A stretch of 64,000 bases of DNA from Rhina ancylostomus (taxonomy: Eukaryota): assembly GCA_030265395.1 (NCBI GenBank), contig JARFYF010000094.1, forward strand, positions 19,180,190-19,244,189, in the 5' to 3' direction. Of this stretch, positions 1-12,572 are shown in pieces. How positions within the stretch are numbered: the stretch's first letter is position 1; each line of letters begins with the position of its first letter. A program made the position numbers and the translations under genes. The notes beneath the pieces are model-generated. The model searched no databases. It was not told where the DNA came from and saw nothing but the letters and a program-made list of their open reading frames with translations.

Positions 1-275
1 ACTGGCCTATAATTTCCTGTCTTTTGCCTCCCTCCCTTCTTAAAGAGTGGAGTGACATTTGCGATTTTCCAGTCCTCCAGAACCAGTCCTGACTCTAGTG
101 ATTCTTGAAAGATCACTGATAATGCCTCCACAATCCCTTCAGCTACCTCTTTCAGAACCCTGGGGTGTAGTCCATCCAGACCAGGTGACATCGACCTTCA
201 GACTTTTTAGTTTCCCGAGCACCTTCTCTTTAGTAATAGCGACTACACTCACTTCTGCCCCCTGTCTCTCTCTTT
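1..275 (-). mobile_element. CR1-clade LINE ORF2 fragment (region before the RT core, GNYRPV motif), cut by the window edge
   Basis: Reverse complement of 1-18 reads GGAAATTATAGGCCAGT (GNYRPV). The minus-strand ORF segment ITKEKVLGKLKSLKVD matches the CR1 region preceding the RT. Confidence 0.85.
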
Positions 276-667
276 TGTAGAAGGTTACATTGCCATGATT
301 TTGAAGAGCAACAGGGGAATAATCCCCCTTGCACTCGAAAATTAATGGAGTTTGGAGACAGAGTGGTGAAATAAAGCACAAGTTATCTTACAGACTGGTA
401 CAGGAGACCCAAAGATTTCCATGGTCTATTCCTGCTCATCTTTCTTGATGAATCATCCACCTTATTAGCTTGTCTGCACTCTTAGAAACCAGTTGCAGAC
501 AAATTGGAGGCAGTTCAATCTGATACCTTGTGCCAAAATATTCAATTGGAGAAAACATTTTAAAATTAGACATGATGTAAAGAGGCTTGAAATATACTGG
601 AACATAAAACTGATGGGAATATTTTCCTTGTAATTTCTGGATAAGGGGAAATTGTGGTACTGTCACA

Positions 668-1125
668 GGAATAATATTAGACTATTTAGGCCCTTGTTCT
701 TGTTCTAGCAGTCAATTAGATCATGGACAATCTTTGATCCAACACCATATAAACTGCCTTTTCCCTATACATGTTCATATTTTAGGTTAATAAAAACCTA
801 TCAATGGTCATTTGTAAGAGATCCTGCTTCCTGTTAGTTCTGGCCTTAACTTTTAAGATAGTGCCCACGAGTCATAGACTCACTAACCAACACAAAGTTT
901 TACGTCTATCCTGTCAGTTCCCCCAAGTGACTTCAACACTTTAACCAAATGACCTCTGAGTTTTCCAAATTTCAGAAAATACAACCATAGTTACTGGAAC
1001 TCTAATATTACTTTATAAATCTATGTAACATTCCCTCCAAGGCCAATATATCATCCCTAAGCTGTAACATCCAAAACCGCTCACTGTAATTCATGTAGGA
1101 TCTAAAAAATGATTTGTACAATGTA
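668..1125 (-). mobile_element. Degenerate CR1 3' fragment
   Basis: Diverged similarity to the younger CR1 3' ends in this window (e.g. TCCCTCCAAGGCCAATATATC...CCAAAAC). Confidence 0.6.
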
Positions 1126-1149
1126 ATGGTGAAAGATAGAAGGTGGAAA

Positions 1150-1360
1150 CTAGGTCCAGGATCACTACTGGTTCATTATTTAGAGTAACAATTTATTTAG
1201 ACATTGGCATCAGAGAGATGATTCCAAAATTTGGAAATGACAACCAATTAGGGGTGGCAAGGAAATGGTCACTTCTAGGAAATCACAACAAATTCAAAAG
1301 TGGTATTAAAATATTTACAGAATGAACATGCAATTAGCAAATGAATTTCAACACAAGTGC
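1150..1360 (+). mobile_element. Degenerate CR1 RT fragment
   Basis: LDIGIREMIPKFGNDNQLG resembles CR1 INDLD...ISKFADDTKLG, followed by a WQMNFN..KC-like remnant. Confidence 0.6.
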
Positions 1361-1368
1361 AATTATAT

Positions 1369-2840
1369 GGAACATAGAACAGTACAGTACAGGAACAGGG
1401 CCTTCAGCCCACGATGTCTATACAGACCATGTTGACAAATTNNNNNNNNNNNNNNNNNNNNNNNNNNNNNNNNNNNNNNNNNNNNNNNNNNNNNNNNNNN
1501 NNNNNNNNNNNNNNNNNNNNNNNNNNNNNNNNNNNNNNNNNNNNTTCCACCACCTCCCCTGGCATTGCATTTCAGGCACCAACCAAGCTGAGTAAAATAT
1601 CTTGTAAATCTCCTTTAAACTTTCCCCCTCTCATCTTAAAGCTACGCCCTCTGGTATTTGACAAGAAAAAAGATTCTGACTAACTACCCCAAACATTCTC
1701 TCTTCTACCCCCTCCCATCGAGCAGAAGATATAAAAGCCTGAAACCAGGTTCCACCAGGCTCAAGGACAGCTTTTATCCCGCTGTTATAAGACTATTGAA
1801 CAGTCCCCTGGTATGATTAGATGGACTCTTGACCTCACAATCTACCTCATTATGGCCTTGCACCTTATTGTCTGCCTGCCCTGCACCTTCTCGGTAACTG
1901 TAATGTTTTATTCTTCATTCTGTTATTATATTCCCTTGTACTACCGCAATGCACTGATGTGATGAAATAATCTGTATGGATGGCATGCAAAACAAAGTTT
2001 TTCACTGTACCTCAGTACATATGACAATAATAATAAACCAACTCAACTACCATATCTATCCCTCTCATAATTTTATTACACTTCTATCAGGTCACCTCTT
2101 AGGCTCTGATGCTCCAGAGAAAGCAATCCAAGTTTGTACAACGTCTCCTTATAGCTAATGCTTTCTAATCTAGGCAACATCCTGGTGAACTTCTTCTGTA
2201 CCCTCTCGAAAGCCTCCACAGCCTTCCTGTAATGCAGTGAGCAGAACTGCATACAATACTTCAAGTGTGGCCTAAACAATATTTTATGCAGCTGCAACAT
2301 GACTTCCCAACTTTTAAATTCAACACCCCAACCAATGAAGGCAAACATACCATGCACAGCCTTTACCATCCCGTCCACTTGTGTTGCCAGTTCCAGTCAG
2401 GATAACATACCTCTACCACTATCCTGTATCTTCCATGGCCAAGCCAATTTCGAATCCAATCTACCAAGTATCCACGGATCTCATGTGCCTTAATCTTCTG
2501 GATCAGCCTACCTTGTCTAAAGCTTTACTAAACAGTGTTTACAACATCCTCTGCCTTATCTCATCAATCATCTTTATCAGCTCCTCAAAAAACTCAAATC
2601 AAGTTTGTAAGACATGACCTGCCCAGCACAAAGCCATGCTGACTATCACTAATAATGCCATACTTTTCCAAAGATGAGTAAATCTCCTCCCCAAGAATCT
2701 TCTCCAATAATTTCCCTACTACTAATGCAAGGCCCACTGGCCTATAACTTCCTGGTTTCGTTATTATCCTTCTTTAACAGAGGAACAGCATTGGCTATTC
2801 TCCAGTCCTCAGTGACTTTGCCTGATACAAAGATCTCTAC
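1369..2840 (-). mobile_element. CR1/HER1-like LINE 3' portion, interrupted by an N gap, a Rex1 insertion and internal deletions
   Basis: 3' tail reverse complement GAACATAGAACAGTACAG..GGAACAGG at 1370. ORF 2076-2378 (RPHLKYCMQF...ERVQKKFTRMLP...LRGDLIEV) and ORF 2742-2954 (EDWRIANAVPLLKK) are CR1 ORF2 motifs. Confidence 0.9.
1689..2044 (+). mobile_element. Rex1/Babar LINE 5'-truncated copy inserted into CR1, with 7-bp TSD AACTACC
   Basis: Encodes HSLFYPLPSSRRYKSLK..STRLKDSFYPAVIRLLN (Rex1 C-terminus) plus the family 3' UTR. AACTACC occurs at 1682-1688 and 2045-2051. Confidence 0.85.
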
Positions 2841-2849
2841 ATGGACAAT

Positions 2850-3490
2850 AATGCAAATGGAGTACAGAAATGAAAGAACCTGGAATACAAATAGAGAAAT
2901 CACAAAATAGCAATGCAGGTTAACAATGTCATAAGGAAAACAAACAAGCACCATGGGCTATTACTGGAGGGTTAGGATGATAAAGTAATTATGCTAAACT
3001 TGTACCAACCTTAATTAAGCTACATGTGGAGAGCTACATACAATTCTGATCACCTTTTTATGTACATGATAAAATGGTGTTGGAAAGCTTGCAAAATGGT
3101 GTTGCCAGGCTGGCAGCAGATGCAAGGTTACCCATGAAAGGAAGAATGAGGTAGATTTCTTCTTTCTTAAAAAACGGATGGAAGGAGTGAAAAGAGATCT
3201 ATAAAATTATGACAGGTATTAGAGCAGTCAGTTAGAATCTTTCCATTTGTATTAACAAATTCCTAGAGATTATAATGTCAGACAGTCATCAAGAAATCAT
3301 TGAATTGCGAATTCAGATGATACCCCTTCAGTCTATAAAGAATTATGCATACAGAAGTGAGATAACTATTACACATGAATTTAAGTGAAGGCTTGACTGG
3401 CATATGAAGGGAATTGAAGGATATACTGCAAGTAATATTTGAAATTGCAGGAGAATTTTGAGGTTCATAACTCCCTAAATGAAATGGGGT
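2850..3490 (+). mobile_element. Old degenerate CR1 3' fragment
   Basis: Remnants of the VMLNLYQ.LI..HVESYIQF and IYKIMTG motifs and of the CR1 3' UTR layout. Confidence 0.55.
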
Positions 3491-4504
3491 ATTTCTGTCC
3501 TGCAAATTCCAAGTATTTGGGTGTAATGCTTATACATGAATGGCAATTCAGGTTCGCAATTTATTTTAGTATTCCTATAATTTAACACAAAATACAGTAA
3601 ATTTCACCTGCAAGTAAAATATTTAATTAATGTCACCTTTTGATTAATTCATAAATAAGTACAGGACTCATCTTAAGTATTCTTACAATACAAATTGCAG
3701 CAGGAAGGAACATGCCTGTGGGAAGCAGAAATGCTTTTCATTCTGATAAATCATAACATCTGGAGCTTGCAGATATTGAAATACTGTTTTATTTTTTAAA
3801 AGAACTACAAAACATTTAAAATAAATTTTCAAATGAGAATAATTTACTGTACTAGTTCATCCAGTCTAGTAGATCATTTTCAATAGAAGGGATTAAAAAA
3901 AACATTGGCCTGAGTATTTCATTGTAGAGTGGTTCTTTGTGCGCATTAGGTAATGGCATTTCAATAAAACACGAACAGGGTGGCATACTTGAAATTAGAT
4001 CCAGCTCCTCAGTGTACATAATATCCATATACACAGGCATGCACAGGGAAGTCAAAAAGTATACAACACTCATTTTAAAATCACATTCATGGAACTCTAC
4101 CATGCATATGAAGTCCTAAAATGTGCTGGGCCACAAACTATTCTCAACCAGGGAGTTGATACCTGTAACTGGATTATTTAGTTATTCCACTGCCAAGGAG
4201 TGCAAGGGACCCATTTTTTCCACTGGCTGAACATCTTTAAATTCACATGATAACTGATCATTCCCAGCTCTCCTTATTGCCATAGTCTCAATAATTCCTC
4301 CTTCCTCCCTGATCATCTCCCTTACTAACTTCATTCCCACAACCTATTCATCTAATTATTTCCTTAACTGAATCCACTCCCACAATATTGCTCCCCTTTC
4401 TGATCATATTCATAGCTATTCATATTCATAGGGCATAGATAAGGTGTTGGTCAGTCTTTTTCCCAGGGTAAGGAACTCTGAAACTAGAGAGCATAGGTTT
4501 AAGC

Positions 4505-4851
4505 CTCTCTTTTTTCTACCTCCCTTCTTTCCTCCTTACCTTTGACCCATCGCCCAGTGGATCAACTATTCTCTCCTCCATGGCACCTGCCTATCACTAT
4601 CTCTTACCTGCATCTACCTATCACCACCTTGTGCCCACCCTGCCTCCCCCCTTTTATTCACCTATCACAGCTCTACTTTTCCTCCGTGTATATTGGGATT
4701 CCCCTTTCCCTATCTTCAGTCCTGAAGAAGGGTCCTGACCCGAAAAGCTGACCACCTGCTTTTCTCCAAGAATGCTGCCTGTCCTGCTGAGTTCCTGCAG
4801 CATCATCAAGTTTTTCATCTAGATTCCTGCAACTGCAGTCCTTTGTTTCTC
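4505..4851 (+). mobile_element. Penelope-like element 3' UTR / pseudo-LTR
   Basis: Pyrimidine-rich tract, then CTGAAGAAGGGTCCTGACCCGAAA...ATGCTGCCTGTCCTGCTGAGTTCCTGCAGCA...CTGCAGTC. The same module follows Penelope ORF remnants at 22200 and 45800. Confidence 0.85.
4717..4753 (+). ncRNA. Minimal type-I hammerhead ribozyme motif in a Penelope pLTR (probably mutated near the cleavage site)
   Basis: CAGTC-CTGAAGA-A-GGGTC-CT-GACCC-GAAA-AGCT-GACC: CUGANGA and GAAA cores intact, helix II perfect, helix I partial. Confidence 0.65.
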
Positions 4852-6174
4852 TTCTTTAAAGGACTGAAGCTGTGAGGAAAAAGTAGTTAAGCTAGGATGC
4901 TCTCCTTTGGACAGAGAAGGCCAGGAAAGACTTAACTACTGTGTGTAAAATTATGAGGGGGTAAGATGGAATAAATCGGAAGGATCTATTTCCCTTGGTA
5001 GAAGTGCTACAAACGAGGGAGTACAAGAACAAGAGGAGAGATGAGGAAAAATATTTTCTCCCAGACATTGGTAGTGGTCTGGAACTCGTTGCCTGAAAGA
5101 ATGGTAGATGAAAAAATCTTCACCACATTCAATATATTCCTGGACATGTGGTTGAAGAGCCTTGACCCGAAGGCTGGGAATCATGTACTGGAAGGTTGGG
5201 TAGCTTTTTGAGAAGCACAGACATGGGTCAAGCAACCTCCTTCTGTGTTGTTTTCAATTATTCTGCATACTGCATTAAGTAAATTAGAACTGGGATTATC
5301 AAACGAAAGATGGAAACCAGACAAGGCAATCACATATTTTGCACTACAACTCCCTCTAGCTGTATGCAGCAGATGCACTCATAGCTATTTTTTAAAAACT
5401 CTTCAGTAATATTAAACTATTTAAAAAAAACTCACTCTGCTTGAATTTAAAAACAAAACCAAACAAGGGGACATCTGGAATACATCCTTTATATTTGAAT
5501 TATTCACAGATCTTTCCCATCATTCAAATAATTTTCAGTATATCAACAAATGCACATTTTGGAACATTATAAATAATTATATTTTTCCTGATAGAGTGGA
5601 ACTTTTCAATCTGATGGCAAGGTTTCTTGCCAATTTCAGATATTTTGCTTTTGATATGCTTACATAAAAGGGATGATGAAATTTACTCTTGTACTCATTG
5701 CATTCTACTTGACACATTGGCTCAAATTATCCCACTAATTGCATCTGACTCTTCATTCCACTACTGGACTCAACACAGTATCAGGCTTTTCAACAGTAAG
5801 ATGTGAAGAAAGGGTGTGATTGCACTTTGCATACTGTCTTCAGCTTAATGCTGGGGGAGGCTGGTATAGAAATAACAGCCCCACTCACTTGAATGGGGTA
5901 CCTGATCCTGTGGAACAACGTATGTGCAGGTAAACTCTTGACTTATTTTACCTTAACAATTTTATCTATTTGTTAGAATTTTAATGCAATTACTTTTAAC
6001 TTATAACATGTTTAATTGTTTTTAATTATTTGCATAATTTTTAAATGTCCCTGATTATCACAGAATTTAAAAAGAGCAAAAATGCCTTTGTCAGCTGCTG
6101 AGTTCTCAAAAGATTGAGGTATTCTGGAGGCAGGAACTCAGTTACACTCTCCCTTGCAAGATGCCCATCAGACC

Positions 6175-6310
6175 TTGAGGGTGTGGTTTTGCATCTTCAT
6201 CCTGAAATGCAAGTTCTACTTCTCTTTCCACAAATACTATTTGATGTTCTGAGAGTTTCCAGCATTTTCTGGTTTTTTTCCAGCATATGCAGTTTTTTTT
6301 ATATTTCCAT
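6175..6310 (+). mobile_element. Degenerate Penelope pLTR fragment
   Basis: CCTGAAATG...TCTCTTTCCACAAATACT...CTGAGAGTTTCCAGCATTTTCTG...TCCAGCATATGCAG. Confidence 0.65.
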
Positions 6311-8216
6311 TCACAGTACATCTCCTGACCTTTTCTAAAAATGAAATAGCTGGCCAAGAATATAATGCAAAAGTGATGAAGCCTGTTTTCTTTGATGAAA
6401 ATTCATGTAATTGATTTACAAAAATTTTATCTCAAATATTGCTTAATTCCATAATTATTTGCATCATTTCTATCTTGTATCTAGCAAAATCCTGTGATCC
6501 GTTTTATAGTTCCTCTGTGCAAAAGACAAACTTCATTTTTTTACACATGAATATGCAAGAAATATATACTGCAAAAACTTGTGCAAAAAGGATGAGCTAA
6601 AGTGTATTTGAAAAGGTGCCATGTGGCCTGTGAAATGAGTTTTGTGAGTACACTTAGCAGGCCCAAATGCCAAATGGTATGGATGGAGAAAATGAATGTA
6701 ATTTTAATGCACAAAGTGCATGTTCAGTTCTGGGAAGCAGAAGACAGCAAAAAAAGAATAACAATATAGGTAACAATCATAAGTAGCAAGAGAGAAAGCT
6801 GGCCCTTGAGATAGGCTGGGAGACAATTAAAAGAGGCAGATTGCCCTGATTTGAGATGTAAAATTTTTCATGAGTCACTTAGAATTAGAGTTGAAATTAA
6901 ACATGCCATTATGAAAGAAAAAGAACTGGTGGTTTGTTGCAGAGATGAGGTTACATTTCTCTGTGATATTGTACCACCAAGCATTTTTGGCCAATTTTAG
7001 AAAATGATAAAACAATCAGGTATTCATAAAATCTTATGGATACTTAACCAAATTAATACTGCATGCATTCTAATACTGTGTTATTGACATGTTTCTTTGA
7101 TGGTGGTTTAGGAATAAAGGAATAGCGGATTTAAGGATTGAAGTTTGAGAACGGTGGCATCAATGAGATGGACAAGGATGCTTGCAGTCCCAGGGAGAAG
7201 TTACAATTCATTTTTATGGTTTCCTGATGAGTTTCCCAATAATTGAACTATTGAGAGGACAGGCAGGAAAGCAACAACTTTACTGAGTTAGGGGTGAACA
7301 TTATTGGCATTGCTAGTTTTACATTTTGGACTGGCAATTCCACTGAAATTGCTAAAATGGGTAGGAAGTAGTGAGGAATGGCTGAGTTAGAAAATCTCTC
7401 TTTTAGACGGATAATGGCATGGCATTTTAAATATGCACCCATGTGATCTGTACATTTTAAGCTAAATGGTTGGAATCTTTACTCCTCAATATCATTCCCT
7501 TCAGCTCCTATCCATAAATTATCTATTAAAAAAAACTTCACCAACATGAAAGTTTCTGATGATTAACTTGGAGGTTATTTGTCTTGTGACATGCTATTGA
7601 AATACATGTCGCTCAAGGGACAAAAGGGCAATGATCTTTTGTTCCCCATTTTCTGCTGATGATAGTAATCTCCTCTGAGTCAACAGTGCAATCCATACAA
7701 CACTGAAATCCAAAATTGAATTGGAGTTAAAAACATTTCATGCCTTGACACTCTTGCTGACTAGCTTAAAAATACACACCTTTAACAAATGGCCTCAGGT
7801 TAATTAAAAAAGTGTATTAAAGCTAAAAATATGACAGAGAATGAATTTCTATACTGTAATCTATTGAAGCTTTCAAAACCATGCTTAAAATTACGATGAA
7901 AAAAGTTGTAAGGTGTTTCTGTACTCCTCAACCCAAAATGTGAAATTGCTTTACACTGATTAACTGTATATATAAATACATTACAGTTCATGTAATATAA
8001 AAACAAATTTACATTCAGCATGCATACTTCGGTTGAAGGATACCAGTGACACAAACAAAATTGACTGTCAAAAAAGGTAATAATAAGTAGGATTTCTTAA
8101 GTCACTGGTGAAATGGTAGTGGAAAATGCAAACAAGTTTAGCTCAGAGGGGACACAAGATAGTATGACAGTGAATGTACGACAGGAGGAGAGGGACAGAA
8201 AGGAGGCAGAGAAAAC

Positions 8217-8326
8217 TTCAGCCTCCGATGCTCCAGAGAAAACAATGCAGGTTTATCCAACCTCTCCTTATAGCTAACACTATAATCCAAGCAACATCCT
8301 GGTGAATCTTTTCTGCACCCCTTCCA
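8217..8326 (-). mobile_element. CR1 fragment running into a gap
   Basis: EGVQKRFTRMLLGL in the minus-strand ORF; near-identical to the CR1 at 2100-2220. Confidence 0.85.
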
Positions 8327-10089
8327 NNNNNNNNNNNNNNNNNNNNNNNNNNNNNNNNNNNNNNNNNNNNNNNNNNNNNNNNNNNNNNNNNNNNNNNNNN
8401 NNNNNNNNNNNNNNNNNNNNNNNNNNACTCAGGAAATAGAGTATAACAAGACATAGATTCTGGGACTCCACTTTTTTTAGTTCCAAGTTGAAGCATTCAA
8501 AACCAGTGCACTCATTCTCTGAGCATTGTTTTTCATTTGAGGTAGGCACTTGTTTTCTCGATTTTAGGCAATTTATTTGAGGCGAATGATAATAGATTGT
8601 ACTGTCTTGAACTTGCTGTGAAAACGTAGTAAGAAAACTCCTGCTGTGGTGTTGGTCTTTTGCTTTGCAATATTATAGCTGCATTCTGTTGTTATTTGTG
8701 AAAAATGAATCTCCCACTTGCTAAACAACTGATCTATAAAAGATTGGACCACAACTGCACACCATCTGTTATCCACATATTGCTAATGTCCCACAGGCAT
8801 AGCAATGTTACAAATTCATTATTAACTAATTTACTGTAAGATGATTTCAAGAATTTATTTTTAAATGTGACATAGAATCCATTTAACTGTCACAAGCAGT
8901 AAGTGTTACTCCTTGAAATGGAATCATTTTTAGTTGATGTGTGTGTTTACAAACTGTTATGAAGGTCTCTCATCTTTGTGTTTTTCTATTGCTGTTTATT
9001 TTTGATAATGAAACCTATTTGAATACACTCAGTATACTATGTCCCTGCAAAGTTTACCCTCACTGTCACCTTGTTTACCTGGGTTCTTGCAGTGGGGGCT
9101 GTCTCAATATCCCCCTGGTCTATGTCCACACAAATTATGAATTGTTCTAGGTCAGACAGGAGAGAAGCAACAAAGAAAGAGGTTCTCAAAACTTCCATTC
9201 TATGAGAAAGATGTTTGTGAAAGGGAAAAGAGGAGGGGAAAGAAACTTATCTCAGAAGTACACTCAATGGAATATATGTAAGGAAAATATTTTATAAATT
9301 AGTAAAGATGGAAAGAATTAAAGAGGCTCGTTGGATGAGCCTTTTTTCATTCTTTGCTATTTGTAGGTTCTTCCAGATGAGAAAATTAGATGACCTCAAT
9401 AATTTTAGATTGTGGAATGACGTAAAACTTAAATAAAGAATTTTAGAAATAAAATTAGAGAAAAGGATGGCAGAGTCATTCAGAGAAGAATGGAAGTAAT
9501 TAGGCTTTGGGTGGGAAGAGCATTAAAAATTGACCTTGAGAGAGGCTAGATTGGTTGAATGGTCTTTTCTAATTCCACTATTGATATGTTGCATGTTACA
9601 AAACGTAGAAGGTTCTGACTGCCTCCCCTAACTGCAGTGCTCAACTATAACTTCTGTGAAATAGAGGAAAAGTTAATGTTCATGTTGACCAAATGATAGC
9701 AGTGAGAAACATACCAGAGAACACTGAAAAAACATGTGATGGGGAGCTTGCTCCTGAAGTGGATATAGAGAACCATGTACTGAAACACTTTTTCAAGGAA
9801 TATAGTATAATTCCATCTAATGAGGTATGTGGTTAACTGATTTATTGATATTACCACATTTGACCTAATCAGATGTTATTTTTAGTTAGTCTGTAATAAA
9901 GTGCTTCTCCATGTTTTGAATCCCCTGATATCTTTTGGTGGTCATTATAGATGGTACTTACAAACACTTCTGGTTTGGTTCCTAGACTCTCTCCAAGTAC
10001 AGTACAATACCTATTTTGGATTTTATTAGTTCCATTTATGGTTGGCTAAGTTCCATTTATAGTTATTTGGGATTTCTTTTGCACAATAG

Positions 10090-10662
10090 GTATAGAAGAT
10101 ATGCAGCACAGCACAGGAGCAGGTCCTTTGGGTCACAGTGTTGTGCCGAACTAATTAAGCCAATAACACCAAATTAAAAGAATCCCTTCTGTTTGCACAT
10201 GGTCTATATTCCCTCCAGTATCTGTGTATTCATCTGCCTATCTAAGAGCCACTTAAATGGCTCTATCATATCTGCCTCCACTACCATCCCTGGCATTGCA
10301 TTCCAGCCACCCCCACTCTCTCTGTGGGGAAAAAAAAACTTGCCCCACACATCTCCTTTGAACTTATCCCCCTCACCTTAAATGCATTCCCTCTGGCTCT
10401 AGACATTTTGACCCTGGGAAAAAGATACCAGCTGTCTGCTCTATCTATACCTCTCATAATCTTATAAACTTCTATGATGTCTCCCCTCAGCTTCCGCCTC
10501 TCCAAAGAAAACAACCCAAGTTTGTCCAACCTCTCCTTATAGCGCATGCCCTCTAATGCAGGCAGCCTCCTGGTAAACCTTTTCTACACCCCTTCCAAAG
10601 TCTCCACATCCTTCCTGTAGAGAGGTGACCAAAAATGCCCAATATACCACGTGTGGCTAAAC
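10090..10662 (-). mobile_element. CR1/HER1-like 3' end
   Basis: ORF 10281-10547 MRYKERLDKLGLFSLERRKLRGDIIEVYKIMRGIDR; 3' tail near 10090-10150. Confidence 0.92.
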
Positions 10663-10905
10663 TAAGGGGAGAAGAGAGCTGGAAAGAGAAAAGGAGAGAA
10701 AATGAAGAGGGGGGAAAGAGCAAAAGAGAGAAAAATGGGGGGGGGGGGTGGGGTAGAGAAAAATGGAAACCAGGAATGAAAGAAACAAAGAGAAAGAACA
10801 CGAATAAGTTAGAGAGACAGACATGCATATGTACATACAGATGGAGAAACAGACACAGAGGAATTCAAACAGACAAATCGAGAGACAAACTGAGGGAGAT
10901 AAGAA
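10663..10905 (+). repeat. Purine-rich (GA) low-complexity tract with a G-run
   Basis: GAGAAAAGGAGAGAAAATGAAGAGGGGG..., G-run at ~10737-10748. Confidence 0.8.
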
Positions 10906-11224
10906 CCATGGAAGATTTTTATAGTTAAATCTACAGATCCCTTTACGCTTGTGATAAAAAGGATTAGTTATCTAGTGCACTTACGTGGATATATCCAGCA
11001 GATAGAAAGGTCTCAAACCCCCTGGTTTTCTTCCATTAGTGACAGGGAAATTTTATAACCATCTGAACTCTCAAACTGAATTATTATTTAACTCCTCATT
11101 CAAATCAAGGCCTCGACATCAAGGTAATGCACCATCAATATAATACAAGCTTATCAATCTAAATCATGAATTTAAATTCTAATGTGGATCAACTCAATTT
11201 AAGTTTACAGAGTTTAATCACTTT

Positions 11225-11720
11225 AGGATCTAAAAAAAGGCTTGCAGCGAAGATTCACCAGACAGCTTCCTGGGATGATGCATATGTCATCTAAAGAGAA
11301 ATTGTGTGGGTTAAGCCTCTATTCTTGAATTTAGAAGAATGAGACATGATCTCATTGAGACATACAAAATACTTAGAGAGCTTGACAGGGTAATGCAGGG
11401 AGGGTGTTACCCCTGGCTAAGGAATCTAACTAGGAATCACACTCTCAAAATAAGGGGTAGGCCATTTAACACTGAAATGAGGAGAAATCCCTTCACCCAG
11501 AGGTAAAGAATCTTTGGAGTTTTCTGCCTTGGAGAGTTATGGAAGCCATCACTGATCGAGCTCAAAACCTATAGATCTCTGAATATTATTGGAATCAAGG
11601 ACTTATGGGGATATGGCAGGAAACTGGTGTTGATGTAGAAAATCAGCCATGAGTTCATTGAATGGCATAACAAGTTGAAGGGGCTGCATGGCCTGCTCCT
11701 TTTTATTGAGTTGTTACTAG
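11225..11720 (+). mobile_element. CR1 3' fragment (older subfamily)
   Basis: GCAGCGAAGATTCACCAGAC...TTTAGAAGAATGAGACATGATCTCATTGAGACATAC...CAGCCATGAGTTCATTGAATGG tail. Confidence 0.85.
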
Positions 11721-12572
11721 TTACAGTCAAGTGGTCAACTTGTGAACTGTTTCAACTAACTTAAGTGGTTAAATCAGTAAAGAAGATTCAACTGTAAGGC
11801 AACTCCTGCAATTTAACTTAAACTTACTTAAAAACACTTGTCTAATTATTACCTTGCGTACTTCCAAGAACAGATTATGCTGAACTGTTTAAGGTATGAC
11901 AATTATTCTTATATATATATGTAGAAATTTTTCAGATTCAGAAAAACCATTCCAAACAATCTTTCCACAATGCATGTTGCCGTTTATTTCACTCGTGCAA
12001 GGTAGAGATTTACTGGCTTCATTTTTTAATGAAGTTGAGACCAGTTTTCATTTAAGATTGCACTGAAGTAACTTCTGTGCATGCACCTGAAAACTGCCTG
12101 TTGCTGCAATATAAATGATACAGGAAAGGGCATTTACAACTTGCATGACCATATAATATTCCCAAACAGGACTGTGACAAACTTAATTTCTAACTGACGT
12201 TGTTTGTGTACCCTTGTTATGCTTCCTCTGCTTGTGTGTGCATATGTGCACAAACAAACACAGGTTGTACTCTCCCTCCCCTCATTTATGGTACGTTGTG
12301 TCTCTCATCTTCCTGGTCCCATTCTTGTAAGCATTCTCAACTTTTATCTCATCATCCCCACAATATACAACAACTTTCTCATTTATTTTCTGCCTCAACA
12401 TATGTTTCCATTTCCCACTGCTGCTGTTATAATTTGTTTTAAATTTTGGCAATCACAATAGGTTTTATTTCCAGCTGGCCATTGGTTATAACAGCCTGGC
12501 CTGGGAGGTAACCTACCGATATCCAATTGCTTTATAGGAAGCCTTAACTATATAGCAATACTCCATAATACT

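Larger units (their letters stand above)
4429..5260 (+). mobile_element. CR1 3' fragments (4429-4503 and 4860-5260) flanking a Penelope terminal repeat
   Basis: GGGCATAGATAAGGTG...CTAGAGAGCATAGGTTTAAG and AAAATTATGAGGGG...TGGAACTCGTTGCCTGAAAG match other CR1 3' ends here. Confidence 0.7.

Noticed and set aside
3852-4119. Overlapping 83-aa and 60-aa ORFs in unique DNA
   Set aside because: No recognisable domain or convincing splice signals; lengths are within chance expectation.
5673-5748. ATGATGA...CTGA spaced like a C/D snoRNA
   Set aside because: The terminal stem is weak or misregistered, and I see no convincing rRNA/snRNA antisense element.
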